In this document: piece by piece, positions 18,043 through 27,413 of the stretch | Layout: each line of letters begins with the position of its first letter | Position numbering within the stretch: the stretch's first letter is position 1 | IMG/VR virus record: IMGVR_UViG_3300031555_001734 | Length of the DNA stretch: 64,000 bases | Source of the DNA: an uncultured virus (IMG/VR IMGVR_UViG_3300031555_001734) | Taxonomy: Duplodnaviria > Heunggongvirae > Uroviricota > Caudoviricetes | Reading direction: 5' to 3' (one strand) | Translations under genes and position numbers: made by a program | The notes under the pieces: model-generated | The model's database searches: none | What the model was told of the DNA's origin: nothing | The model's input: only the letters and a program-made list of their open reading frames with translations

Positions 18043-18684
18043 ATGAAAACTCAATTCAACTGGTTTGGCACCGACTGGCGCCGCGTAAAGAATCACTGCC
18101 GCACCACCGACAACAAGGCATTCACCGAAAAGGATGCCTCTGAGACCTTCAAGAAGAAGCTGCTCATTTCCGAGCATACCCCCATCCGACTGCTGGAGTT
18201 CGACTGGACATGGAAGGGCATCTTCTACTGGTTGTCCACCGAATGGAGCCGGCATAAGTTTGAGAAGTTCATCTCTACCCAGCGTGACGATCGTCTGATC
18301 GACGACACGCCCAGAGGCAAGAAGCCTCAGGATGCTCTGGTCAATTATGACGGCTATGCCAATATGCAGAACCTGATCGATGCCTGGCGTAAGCGCCTCT
18401 GCTATCAGGCTACCCCGGAAGCCCGGGAGCTTGCAGAAGATTTCAAGATCGCCCTGCACGAAACCCATCCGGCAGAGTCCGATGTTCTGGTACCCAACTG
18501 CATCTACCGCATGGGTTGTCCTGAGTTCCAGACCTGCGGCTACATCCATAAGTTCGTGAAGTGGGCCGAAGTTGCCTATCCTGACGGCAAGTGGATGACC
18601 GACATCCAGAGCCGGTACGATGCGTACAACGAGTGGTTCTACTTCACCCGCGGTCGCTGCCACAAGGCTCAGGAGGAAGCATAA
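18043..18684 (+). CDS. thyX: FAD-dependent thymidylate synthase ThyX-like
   Basis: L..EH.P.R, E..RH.....STQR, N...L.....KRLC..A..E.R, P.C.YR..CPE..CG. Confidence 0.75.
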   Translation: MKTQFNWFGTDWRRVKNHCRTTDNKAFTEKDASETFKKKLLISEHTPIRLLEFDWTWKGIFYWLSTEWSRHKFEKFISTQRDDRLIDDTPRGKKPQDALVNYDGYANMQNLIDAWRKRLCYQATPEARELAEDFKIALHETHPAESDVLVPNCIYRMGCPEFQTCGYIHKFVKWAEVAYPDGKWMTDIQSRYDAYNEWFYFTRGRCHKAQEEA

Positions 18685-18914
18685 TGCCTGAGATCACAAA
18701 ACAGGACTGCGAGAGCCTGTATGAGAAATTCAAGAAGTACACCGAGACAGCTGAACAGCATGAGTTCGCTTTGCTTGCCATGGTCAATATCAGACTGGAT
18801 GTAGAAAGAGCTCATGACTGGGAGATGTCTCAGAAGGAGGCCCGGGCAATGTTCCGGGTCGTCCTCAAACTGATCGGTGAAGACTTCTCTGCCTATAAGG
18901 AGGCTGAGGAATGA
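18684..18914 (+). CDS. Hypothetical protein
   Basis: AGGAGG SD; coupled ORF. Confidence 0.55.
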   Translation: MPEITKQDCESLYEKFKKYTETAEQHEFALLAMVNIRLDVERAHDWEMSQKEARAMFRVVLKLIGEDFSAYKEAEE

Positions 18915-19210
18915 GCCTGTTTAAGAAAAAGGTGAAGGTAGTCGAGTCCTACGACTACCGACCCTGTTGGGTCAACGGCCGAAAGGCGATGTTCCACCGC
19001 TGGGTGAACAGCGCAAGACCGCAGCTTCCCAAAGGCCAGGAACCGAACGAGAACTCCCGGTACTACCAGTACAGAGCCACCCACGGACTGGTCGAGTATG
19101 AGAACGGCAGTATGGCAACGGTCTGGCCGACTGATATTGTCTTTGCTGATTCTGGTGCATTCAACGAGTGCTGGGGGCTGTCGGATCCGACGAAGGAGGC
19201 AACCGGATGA
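18911..19210 (+). CDS. Hypothetical phage protein
   Basis: RPC.V....A.FHRW...GLVEYE.G....V.P..I.F.D motif. Confidence 0.65.
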   Translation: MSLFKKKVKVVESYDYRPCWVNGRKAMFHRWVNSARPQLPKGQEPNENSRYYQYRATHGLVEYENGSMATVWPTDIVFADSGAFNECWGLSDPTKEATG

Positions 19211-19500
19211 AGTGCAAATACCAAGGCTGCTGTGGTCATGAGCATTGCAACCTCGAAGCGTGCCCGGAATTTGTCCCAGGAATAATGACCAACTCTGACC
19301 GCATCCGGGCTATGACTGATAAAGAGTTGGCGGAATTTTTGGCTGCGAAGTTTACAGATCAGAAAACTCTGGAGGCGGTTGAAAAAGGTTTACCGTTGAC
19401 TGCAACGTATATCAGCCTGTTACATCACACATGGTACGTCACGTGGATGCAGTGGCTTCGTAGTCCGGCTGAGGAGAAACAAGTTTATGAACCTGGTTGA
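19207..19500 (+). CDS. Hypothetical phage protein
   Basis: TN.DRIRAMTD.ELAEFL...WL.SPAE motif. Confidence 0.6.
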   Translation: MKCKYQGCCGHEHCNLEACPEFVPGIMTNSDRIRAMTDKELAEFLAAKFTDQKTLEAVEKGLPLTATYISLLHHTWYVTWMQWLRSPAEEKQVYEPG

Positions 19501-19656
19501 TGCCGTAGAACTGTTGAAGAAGTACGCAGTTTGCCCCAAATGTGGAAGCGACATGGTAGGCGGCGATAGCGGAACCTGGGAATGCGACACAAGTATCGGA
19601 TATTTCAAACGGACCTGTCGTTGCGGATGGGGCGTCGAAATAAAGGAGGGATCGTG

Positions 19657-19869
19657 ATGGGCACGACAAGGGACATCAACGAACCGTTGGTTTGCCCAAT
19701 CTGCGGTAAGGAGCCAACTCACACAATGTGGGAAGGAAAGTACAAACCAGAAATCCACCAAGTTTCTTGCGTACAATGCGGGAAAGCTGTTCGGGGCTAC
19801 TCCAGACAGAAGGCTGTTGATCGGTGGAATGATTTCGCATTAGGGAAGCTGCAGGAATTATTTCGCTAG
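19657..19869 (+). CDS. Lar-like zinc-ribbon protein
   Basis: CPICG...V.CxxCG......A...WN. Confidence 0.55.
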   Translation: MGTTRDINEPLVCPICGKEPTHTMWEGKYKPEIHQVSCVQCGKAVRGYSRQKAVDRWNDFALGKLQELFR

Positions 19870-19897
19870 GATCCCGGGGCGAAAGAAAGGAGATAAC

Positions 19898-20293
19898 ATG
19901 AAAGTATTTTTGGGTGGAACATGCGCGGGTTGGAGGTGGAGAGATGAACTCCAGCCTCTCCTTAAGTGTGAGTATTACAACCCAATCGTACAGAATTGGA
20001 GCGAAGAAGATCGGCTTCGAGAGGTTCGTGAAAGAGAAAATTGCGATTTCGTTCTTTATGGAATCACAAATGGCATTAAGGGAGTTTATTCTATTGCCGA
20101 AGTTGTGGATGATTCCAATAAAAGACCTGAGAAAACGCTGTTTCTAAATCTCTACAACAGTGCTGGAGGCAAAGCAACAAAGCAAATGGCACACAGCCTT
20201 AATGCTGTTCAAAAGCTTATCGCAGCCAACGGAGCTAGGTGTTTTGACAGCATCGAAGAAGTTGCAAAGTTTCTGAACGAAAGGACGTGCTAA
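19898..20293 (+). CDS. Nucleoside 2-deoxyribosyltransferase-like protein
   Basis: KVFLGGT...WR..L......YNP.V..W...E...D.VLY.IT....GVYSIAE. Confidence 0.75.
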   Translation: MKVFLGGTCAGWRWRDELQPLLKCEYYNPIVQNWSEEDRLREVRERENCDFVLYGITNGIKGVYSIAEVVDDSNKRPEKTLFLNLYNSAGGKATKQMAHSLNAVQKLIAANGARCFDSIEEVAKFLNERTC

Positions 20294-20949
20294 TCGTGAG
20301 ATCTGTGATGCTCAGCATCCAACCGAAATGGTGCGAGCAGATTGTCGCTGGCACCAAGAAATTGGAAATTAGGAAAACGCATCCTGCGCTTGAACTGCCG
20401 TTTAAGTGCTATATGTATCAGACTAAGAAAAAGTGGGCGTTCGATTTTCTTAGATCAATCGGTTTCGATGAATTTGCTGACGTTCTGGAACGAGGATTCA
20501 CTAAAGTCATAGGCGAATTTACTTGCGATTACATTTTCCCGATTACTGTAGACTGTAATGTCCATGATGAATTACCCGGAAACCCGGTTGAAACATGGCT
20601 TACTTGGGAGGATGCTCCCAGTGAGTATGAAACAGTACAATCTCTGACGGAAGCTGCCTGTCTTTCTTACGATGAAATTAACCGTTACATAGGTGCAGGC
20701 GATGGCTGCTTTGCATGGCATATTTCCGGACGCAAGATTTACGACAAACCGAAACGACTGAGTGAGTTCGTTGTGAAGGGCGATTGCGATTGCCTGAATT
20801 GTAAGAACTGCGCATGGTTTGATAAAGGCAATGGCTTCAATGTTGAGGATGATTGTAACCTTGCCTATGAGAATGTGCACAGAAAAGAACCGCTTAAACC
20901 GGTTTTTCGTGCTCCACAGAGCTGGTGCTATGTTGAGGAGATGGAATAA
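20287..20949 (+). CDS. ASCH-domain protein
   Basis: VMLSIQPKW...I..G.K..EIRK, KVIGEF.C, RAPQSWCYV. Confidence 0.8.
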   Translation: MLIVRSVMLSIQPKWCEQIVAGTKKLEIRKTHPALELPFKCYMYQTKKKWAFDFLRSIGFDEFADVLERGFTKVIGEFTCDYIFPITVDCNVHDELPGNPVETWLTWEDAPSEYETVQSLTEAACLSYDEINRYIGAGDGCFAWHISGRKIYDKPKRLSEFVVKGDCDCLNCKNCAWFDKGNGFNVEDDCNLAYENVHRKEPLKPVFRAPQSWCYVEEME

Positions 20950-21173
20950 TGACAGAATTTGTATTTGCACTTGGCTGGTGCATCCTCTGCATCGGCGGCG
21001 TGCTGCTCACTGCGTGTATTCTCCTCTTCCTCGTGTGGCTTCTCCAATTCGCTTGGGTTGCGTTTAGCGTAACATTTCGGAAAATCTGCAAAACTGAATC
21101 CTTGATCTGTGAGTATCGGAAGAACCGAGAAGAATTTCTGAAGTGGAGGAATACTGGTGGACGGCATGAATGA
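20949..21173 (+). CDS. Small membrane protein
   Basis: Long hydrophobic segment; GGAG SD. Confidence 0.55.
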   Translation: MTEFVFALGWCILCIGGVLLTACILLFLVWLLQFAWVAFSVTFRKICKTESLICEYRKNREEFLKWRNTGGRHE

Positions 21174-21382
21174 ATTGGATCTTGCTATCAGGCAAGCTGT
21201 ACGTCAGATGATTAGTGAATCGGCGGATGCAGAGGTTGAAGCGGCGACTGAGCGGTTTCGAGGTAATATGATGGCTACAAAGAATGAAATGATCGGGAAA
21301 ATCGTGAACGCAATCGAAATCAGGTGCAAGCATGAATTTCCGGGTGAATACGTCATTCAAGTGTTTGTGAGAGGTATAGGCA

Positions 21383-21808
21383 ATGGATGATCTGATCAGC
21401 CGAAAGTCTTTACTGGGAAAAGTCCAGTATCGCATTGATACGCCTGGCATTATCGGTTCCACAATCCGCGACATGGTGGCAACCACCAGGCGCATTATCG
21501 AAGAAGAACCGGCAGTTGCTTACAATCTGTCACCAACTGAAACGCAGTGGATCCCAGCGGCAGAGAAATTGCCGGAAGAACACGAGAGTATTTTTGTGAG
21601 ATACTACGGAACGAAAAATTGGATGCCCGGTATGTTCTGTACGGTATCGGATACTGTGATTGCTGCAGTGTTGTACGAAGATGGGAAAAGAACCGTAAAG
21701 GCCATGCATACCCAGGACGGAAAATGGCACCACCCTGGAATGGTAGGCATAAAAGAAGTAACTCACTGGATGCCGATGCCTTTGCCGCCGGCCGATCTTC
21801 GGAGGTAG
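21383..21808 (+). CDS. DUF551-domain protein
   Basis: DLISR..L; WIP..EKLP...VTHWMPMP.PP. Confidence 0.75.
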   Translation: MDDLISRKSLLGKVQYRIDTPGIIGSTIRDMVATTRRIIEEEPAVAYNLSPTETQWIPAAEKLPEEHESIFVRYYGTKNWMPGMFCTVSDTVIAAVLYEDGKRTVKAMHTQDGKWHHPGMVGIKEVTHWMPMPLPPADLRR

Positions 21809-21947
21809 GAAATATGACCCTTGAACGAGCTATCAGCATGCTTGAAGCAGAATATGAGAAAGCTCAGAAATTGAGTTTTGTACATAATCCTATCGCATGG
21901 GCATTGTTCCGGGTTTGGAAAGTTGCAGACAGAGAGGGGCGTGGAAA

Positions 21948-22325
21948 ATGAGTATCAGAAAGAGGCTTGCAGAGTGTTTGCGGATTGCAAACAACGCTGT
22001 TGTAGATGCCGAAATTGAAGCTATCGGCGATGATAGGATGATGACCCTTGCTGAGAGTCAGTCGATTTTGGTGGATAGTCTCATGTCTAATGGCGTCACG
22101 GTGAGAAACTGGATCCCTGCGGAAGAAAGACAGCCTAAAACGGATGGCAGGTTCATGGTAACAGTTAAAAGCCGAAGAGGTAAGCCGCACGTGGAAATGC
22201 GAAACTATAACGCAGGATCCCAAATGTGGGAAAAACAATGTGCGGTAGAATCTGTTCTGGCATGGCAAGAGAGACCTGAGCCGTACGGATGGAATCCGAG
22301 AGGAAATCTCAATGGGCAGAGCTGA
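21948..22325 (+). CDS. DUF551-like protein
   Basis: WIP.EE.P...G..MVT...V.AW...PEPY. Confidence 0.6.
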   Translation: MSIRKRLAECLRIANNAVVDAEIEAIGDDRMMTLAESQSILVDSLMSNGVTVRNWIPAEERQPKTDGRFMVTVKSRRGKPHVEMRNYNAGSQMWEKQCAVESVLAWQERPEPYGWNPRGNLNGQS

Positions 22326-22683
22326 ACGCCGGAAGGCCGGCAAGACCGAGAAGGTCAAAACCTATGTACTTACCGTAGATCAGATCGAACAGATCAAGCG
22401 TGAAGCGGCGGAAGAGGCAGTAAAGAAGCTCCGGGACGAAATTGTAAAAACCACAATGCTCAAGGTATTCAAGATGTTCCTGGCTATCCCTCTGATGGTG
22501 CTTCATGACAAGTTCGGGTTCGGCAAACTCCGCCTGGATCGGTTCACGAATTATGTGATGATCTGGTACGAGAGTGTGCAGAACGGCGAAACAGACATCA
22601 ATGAGTTGATAGAAATCGTAAACGGCTTCACCAACTCGAAGATCGTAAAGGAGGATCCTAATGCTCACCAAAAGAAAGCTTAG
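22312..22683 (+). CDS. Hypothetical phage protein
   Basis: M.RAERR...VLHDKFGFG..RL.RF motif. Confidence 0.7.
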   Translation: MGRAERRKAGKTEKVKTYVLTVDQIEQIKREAAEEAVKKLRDEIVKTTMLKVFKMFLAIPLMVLHDKFGFGKLRLDRFTNYVMIWYESVQNGETDINELIEIVNGFTNSKIVKEDPNAHQKKA

Positions 22684-22900
22684 GCAAATGGTGACTGAGC
22701 TTACCTACCGGGTTGCAGATCTGGAGGAGCGGCTTTGCCCTTGTGAAAGCCACCAGTGGAAGATGGTCGACTATGAGTTTGTCGGCGGTACTGGCAGAGG
22801 AGACGAAACCACGGTGTTTAAGTACAAGTGCAAACGCTGTGGAAAGGTCATCAATACCATCGACCGTTTCCTGGCAAGGAGCGAGAATGACGGGGAGTAG
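22661..22900 (+). CDS. Small zinc-binding protein
   Basis: LCPC..H.W...C..CGK. Confidence 0.55.
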   Translation: MLTKRKLRQMVTELTYRVADLEERLCPCESHQWKMVDYEFVGGTGRGDETTVFKYKCKRCGKVINTIDRFLARSENDGE

Positions 22901-23053
22901 AAATTGCATCGACTGCTGGTACCGAACCAGATTCGGAGTGGATTTCGCCTGCGGCTACCTGCTGAAGACGGGACAGCGCAGGCCGTGCCCGGCTGGTGAT
23001 GGCTGCACCGTCAAGGTTGGCCGAAAAGTATACCACAGAAAGGGGCGCAAGAA

Positions 23054-23278
23054 GTGAAGTACGCGTGTAACAAATGTCTGAAGGTCACAGATTCGATTGA
23101 GGCCAAGCGCTGGCTCAAGGTAAAAACTGTTCGTTCGGATGAAGAATTTTTGCTCTGTCCGGAGTGCGAGAAACTGTTTTGGCTTGCTGTCGACTGTGAC
23201 TTCATTGAACTGATGGGAAACCAGACCAGGGAGGTATCCGGAAATGGATGCAAAGGAAAAGAAGTTCAGAGCGGATAA
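23054..23278 (+). CDS. Small zinc-ribbon protein
   Basis: CxxC...LCPEC. Confidence 0.5.
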   Translation: MKYACNKCLKVTDSIEAKRWLKVKTVRSDEEFLLCPECEKLFWLAVDCDFIELMGNQTREVSGNGCKGKEVQSG

Positions 23279-23690
23279 TCGCTTTGAGATCCGGGCAAGA
23301 AAGATCGTCCTGAAGAGACTGAAAACCCCACTGAAACTGGCTCGGGCAGCAGCTAATAAAAAAGAGGCTGAGCGCCGGGCTCGGATCGAAGCTGCCTGCG
23401 CCTATGAAAGCTATCAAGATGCCCAGAATGCCTATGGCTGGGGCATGATCACCGAGGAAGAGTTCGACGAGATCGTAGAGATCCTGGAGAAAGGCGCTGA
23501 GGAACTTGAAAAGTGCCGTACCCCGGAGGAAGCGGCAGCGCAGATCCTGGAGGATTTTGCTGCACACCTGGAACGGGAGATTCGGGTCCTTGAATGGGAG
23601 AACCTTCCTGAGAAGGAGAAGGCACGGATTCGACAGCAGAATATGGAGATCCTGGAGCGTAGGCGCCAGAGAAAGGATAAGGAAGAATGA
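23244..23690 (+). CDS. Hypothetical coiled-coil protein
   Basis: GGAGG SD; coupled ORF. Confidence 0.6.
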   Translation: MDAKEKKFRADNRFEIRARKIVLKRLKTPLKLARAAANKKEAERRARIEAACAYESYQDAQNAYGWGMITEEEFDEIVEILEKGAEELEKCRTPEEAAAQILEDFAAHLEREIRVLEWENLPEKEKARIRQQNMEILERRRQRKDKEE

Positions 23691-24163
23691 GAGAAATTCT
23701 TTTTAGAGGCAAATGCACAGATACTGGAAGCTGGTACGAAGGCCAATATATCCATCTGCATAAGACCACGTACTGCTTCAACAGTGACTATGATAAACAT
23801 CCGGACAACGACATTCACCAGATCGTTTTTGAACGCATGACGGACTGGGGGTTACCCAACCAGCATTTCAGAGCAGATGTTGTCCCGGAAACCGTGGGTC
23901 AGTTTACTGGAAAAATTGATAAGAAAGGCAAGAAGGTTTTCGAGCATGACATTTTGCAAATCTTCACCGTTTGGGCTGATGGAACGGTCGAGAAGGCCGG
24001 AATTGGCATTGTCCAATGGTGCGAACACGATCAGTGCTATGTGCTTGCGACAAAAGAGGCCTATCACATTGACGATTTTGGAAACCTTGGAAAACCTGAA
24101 TACTTTGAAGTCATCGGCAATATCCATGACAATCCGGAATTACTGGAGGGTAACGAGAAATGA
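23687..24163 (+). CDS. YopX-family protein
   Basis: MREILFRGK, TVGQFTG..DK.G..VFE.DI, EVIGNIHDNPELL. Confidence 0.9.
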   Translation: MREILFRGKCTDTGSWYEGQYIHLHKTTYCFNSDYDKHPDNDIHQIVFERMTDWGLPNQHFRADVVPETVGQFTGKIDKKGKKVFEHDILQIFTVWADGTVEKAGIGIVQWCEHDQCYVLATKEAYHIDDFGNLGKPEYFEVIGNIHDNPELLEGNEK

Positions 24164-24759
24164 AGGTAACATTCACCACACCTTTTGCCCGGCTGACGGC
24201 AGAGGTGGACGACCGGGAAGCCGGTTATATCATGCAGGAGCTTATCAACGCCGCTGTGGGCTACGAAGCCAATAAGAAACAAACACCTGAACCGCCCCGA
24301 GGGGGGGTGGTTACAACCGATCCTGTGGCTTCTGAGGGGCCTTTTGAGGATGACGAAGGTATCGATATGGATTACCAGGAGGATCCGGAGGAACCCAAGG
24401 CAGAACCTGTGGTAGAACCGAAGAAAACGATGATTCTTCCTCCTCAGAATCATGAGCTCAAGGAGGAGAAAAAGCCATTCAAGGGCTACTACGGTTACCT
24501 GTACGTGAAGTGCGAGAAGTGCGGCAATCAATGGGGGCTTTGCGCCAAGAACCCTATCATGGAAGCTAAATGTAACTGCGGTCATGCAACACCCCTGAAC
24601 GGCATGAAAGTCATGGAAGCGACTTGCCATTGTTGCGAGCGACACATCAAGTACCGCACTAACATCCAGGACAAGTATTTCCAGATCAATTGTCATGGAT
24701 GCAAGGCTCCGATCAATATCGAGTACCACACCTTGAAAGATCAATATGTCACGATGTGA
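24160..24759 (+). CDS. Multi-zinc-ribbon protein
   Basis: Y.GYLY.KCxxCG, C.CG, C.C.., CxxC.AP. Confidence 0.65.
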   Translation: MKVTFTTPFARLTAEVDDREAGYIMQELINAAVGYEANKKQTPEPPRGGVVTTDPVASEGPFEDDEGIDMDYQEDPEEPKAEPVVEPKKTMILPPQNHELKEEKKPFKGYYGYLYVKCEKCGNQWGLCAKNPIMEAKCNCGHATPLNGMKVMEATCHCCERHIKYRTNIQDKYFQINCHGCKAPINIEYHTLKDQYVTM

Positions 24760-24769
24760 GGAATGAGAT

Positions 24770-25120
24770 ATGGTCAGGTTAGAATTAACTGACGAACAGG
24801 CCAGACTTGTAGGACGAGCCTGTGAGTTCTTTGCCCGGGTAAAAATCGGTCAGTTTGGAGAAATCCTGAACAACTGCCTGGATGTCAAGATCCAAGGCGA
24901 AGAATACTGGGACCGCAAAGCAGCTGCTGAAGCATACCTGCTGATGGCTCGGTCGCAGATCTATCCGGATCTACAAGGAATGGGACACAGCTACGGTATC
25001 GGACGATTTGACGATGCCGACAAAGCATTCGATGTGTACCAGGTTATCCGGTACGCTTTGGGTGGCCCGGTACCGTTCAGCTATCACGAGTTACCCATCT
25101 GTACAAAGGAGGTCAAATGA
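24770..25120 (+). CDS. Hypothetical protein
   Basis: LELT.EQA.....ACEF..R...GQF motif. Confidence 0.6.
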   Translation: MVRLELTDEQARLVGRACEFFARVKIGQFGEILNNCLDVKIQGEEYWDRKAAAEAYLLMARSQIYPDLQGMGHSYGIGRFDDADKAFDVYQVIRYALGGPVPFSYHELPICTKEVK

Positions 25121-25485
25121 AAGATCTTACATACCTGAATCAGTATCGGCTCAAGGACGATGAGCGGATGCTTTACGGTGTCAATGGAGATGGCACTTGC
25201 GGAATCTTCAAAGTGTTTGTGCACGGCAAATCCTTCCGGGTGGTAGCCTCGACTGGCGGTGGTTGGGATCATGTCAGCGTATCACCGGGAAATCCCAACC
25301 GTAAGAAGTGTCCGACGTGGGACGAGATGTGCGCCATCAAGGATATGTTCTTCGAGAAAGAAGAAGTTGCGGTGCAGTACCACCCGGCGGAAAGTGAGTA
25401 CGTCAACAACCATCCGTATTGCCTGCATCTCTGGCGACCGAATTACGGAGTGCACATGCCTACACCACCCAAAATCTTTGTATAA
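25117..25485 (+). CDS. Conserved phage protein (HVSVS...PTW.EM...K.MFF...N.H..CLHLW family)
   Basis: Motif as named; AAGGAGG SD. Confidence 0.7.
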   Translation: MKDLTYLNQYRLKDDERMLYGVNGDGTCGIFKVFVHGKSFRVVASTGGGWDHVSVSPGNPNRKKCPTWDEMCAIKDMFFEKEEVAVQYHPAESEYVNNHPYCLHLWRPNYGVHMPTPPKIFV

Positions 25486-25496
25486 GGAGATCTATT

Positions 25497-25910
25497 ATGA
25501 CAGCAAAAGAGTTGGCAACGCTGCTGAATGGCGGCAGCTACGGATCCGAACTTTCTGCAGAGCAGAAGAAGATGGCAGATGACAACAACCTGGTTGTAGT
25601 CTTCGGATATTCCGACGACTGCGTAGAGTTCTATGGCGCTATAAGGGACGAAGTTGGAGCTTTTGATGGTGTTACCGTTCATGTAACCCAAAAAGGTGTA
25701 CTGGAGCGGCCGCAGTATGGCTGCGACGATTGCGAGTTCTTCCGGCTCGCCAAGAAGGCTGCGGTACCCATCAAGGCAGTCTGGCATGATTCGGGCGAGC
25801 CTTGCTGGACTTTCGAAACTGACATCCCCCATGAAACGTTCCGGATCTACGAGGACGGTGAACTGTTCTGCATCGGCATTGTGTTCCGCCTCGAAGATCT
25901 TCCCAACTAA
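25497..25910 (+). CDS. Conserved phage protein
   Basis: LVVVFGYSDD..EF.GAI.DE...W...TDIPHETF.I.EDG...C.GIVF. Confidence 0.7.
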   Translation: MTAKELATLLNGGSYGSELSAEQKKMADDNNLVVVFGYSDDCVEFYGAIRDEVGAFDGVTVHVTQKGVLERPQYGCDDCEFFRLAKKAAVPIKAVWHDSGEPCWTFETDIPHETFRIYEDGELFCIGIVFRLEDLPN

Positions 25911-25915
25911 GGAGG

Positions 25916-26197
25916 GTGTGTATGGATAACAAATATCAGCTTTCTCCCATGCGATTCCCGGAAGCGAACCGAGATCTGCTGAAACCCGAGAGCATGACCG
26001 ATGAGGAGTGCGGATCCCTTTGCGTATATACGGACGGCAAGATCTGCATTTCTTGCTGGAAGCTGAATCTTCGTCAGCGACTGGCGGCGCTTTTCACAGG
26101 CAAGGTATGGTTGGGGATCCTGAGCGGCTACACTCAGCCTCCTGTCTGGCTGGATGTGGGCAAGACTGTTTTTGTTGAGGTGCGCCAGGATGAATGA
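25916..26197 (+). CDS. Hypothetical phage protein
   Basis: P..F.EAN, ISCW......L..L..GKVWL......QPP. Confidence 0.65.
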   Translation: MCMDNKYQLSPMRFPEANRDLLKPESMTDEECGSLCVYTDGKICISCWKLNLRQRLAALFTGKVWLGILSGYTQPPVWLDVGKTVFVEVRQDE

Positions 26198-26450
26198 GGC
26201 ACGCCATATTGGAAAGACAGTCCTGGAAGTCGCTCTGAAATCCGACCTCAATCCGAAGGGGTACGTCATATTCCTGCTGAGCGACAATCAGGATACGGTC
26301 GGAAAACGACTTGGCTGCTACACGCACCTGCGGCAGTTTGTAGCACAGAATCCCACATTGAAGTTTAGCGAAATAAAGGAATCGTACGATTATTTCGGCC
26401 AGACTATCATGCGGATCAGACGAGTCTTTGCGGGATCAAGAGAGAATTAA
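26190..26450 (+). CDS. Hypothetical protein
   Basis: Coupled ORF. Confidence 0.5.
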   Translation: MNEARHIGKTVLEVALKSDLNPKGYVIFLLSDNQDTVGKRLGCYTHLRQFVAQNPTLKFSEIKESYDYFGQTIMRIRRVFAGSREN

Positions 26451-26461
26451 GTGAGGGAAAT

Positions 26462-26671
26462 ATGAATCGGAGAATGTATGGAATGTTTCCAACGATTCCT
26501 GTCGAGCAAGTATACTCCATGGAGATGCCTAAGCTCGGAGGAAGAAAGAAGTCTGCGGTGCAGGCAACCCCGGTCGGTTGTGCTAAATGCGGGCTTGGCC
26601 GCGTAACGCTGAGAAAAACGGAACAGGGACTTTTGTGTCCCAAGTGCTACGAAAGGAGAAATGCAAAATGA
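26462..26671 (+). CDS. Small zinc-finger protein
   Basis: CxxCG...LCPKC. Confidence 0.5.
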   Translation: MNRRMYGMFPTIPVEQVYSMEMPKLGGRKKSAVQATPVGCAKCGLGRVTLRKTEQGLLCPKCYERRNAK

Positions 26672-26961
26672 AAATGAGATTTTGCTATAAAATCACCATC
26701 ACAGGAGAGGATGGAAAGCCTGAACCTCATGGTATGTGTTTCGAGATCGAGGGAGTGAAGCCTGGGCTCGACTATCGTGAACTGGCAAGTCTGATCGACA
26801 AGCAGGTGCTTATCGACAATTGCTGCCTTACCGGGATCGTCAGCCCCGAGCAGATGGAGCTGATGGATCCTGACGAGTTCGATAAGGAGTTCCCGGATCT
26901 GATCGATGCTGACGAACTGCAGGAGGAATACGCAGAGGCTCTGGTGAGCGACGATGCCTGA
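26668..26961 (+). CDS. Hypothetical protein
   Basis: AAGGAG SD; coupled ORF. Confidence 0.55.
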   Translation: MKMRFCYKITITGEDGKPEPHGMCFEIEGVKPGLDYRELASLIDKQVLIDNCCLTGIVSPEQMELMDPDEFDKEFPDLIDADELQEEYAEALVSDDA

Positions 26962-27238
26962 GGGATATTGCTTCCTGTGTCACCGATGGGGACAACTTGA
27001 GGAGCACCATATCTTCGGCGGACCGAACCGCAAGAAGTCTACAAAATATGGCCTGACGGTTTATCTTCACGGTGACGAGTGCCATAGAAATGGGCGGATG
27101 GCTGCACACAGAAACCCTGAAACTCGGCAGATGCTCCATGAGTACGGGCAGAGGAAATGGATGGAAGAAACCGGCGGTACGATCGAGGATTTCATCCGTG
27201 AATTCGGCCGGAACTACCTTGACATTGATGACGAGTAG
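26954..27238 (+). CDS. HNH-like zinc-finger protein
   Basis: CFLC.....EEHHIFGG.NRK.S.KYGL.V.L....CH...F...FGRNYL. Confidence 0.75.
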   Translation: MPEGYCFLCHRWGQLEEHHIFGGPNRKKSTKYGLTVYLHGDECHRNGRMAAHRNPETRQMLHEYGQRKWMEETGGTIEDFIREFGRNYLDIDDE

Positions 27239-27307
27239 GGCAAAAAGTGTTCAGTAGACATTCAAAGAAATCTGTGGCAAAATGTATCCTGTAAAATCTT
27301 GATCTAG

Positions 27308-27343
27308 CGCCCCGTGTTCGTCAACACGGGGCGTAACTTTTTT
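27308..27343 (+). terminator. Terminator-like hairpin within a structured leader
   Basis: 11-bp stem cgccccgtgtt/aacacggggcg, then taactttttt. Confidence 0.65.
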
Positions 27344-27413
27344 GGAAGGAGGATTTTACAAGCCGCTCCTTTGATGACCGATCGCCAACGGATATTTCAA
27401 AGGAGGAAATCTC

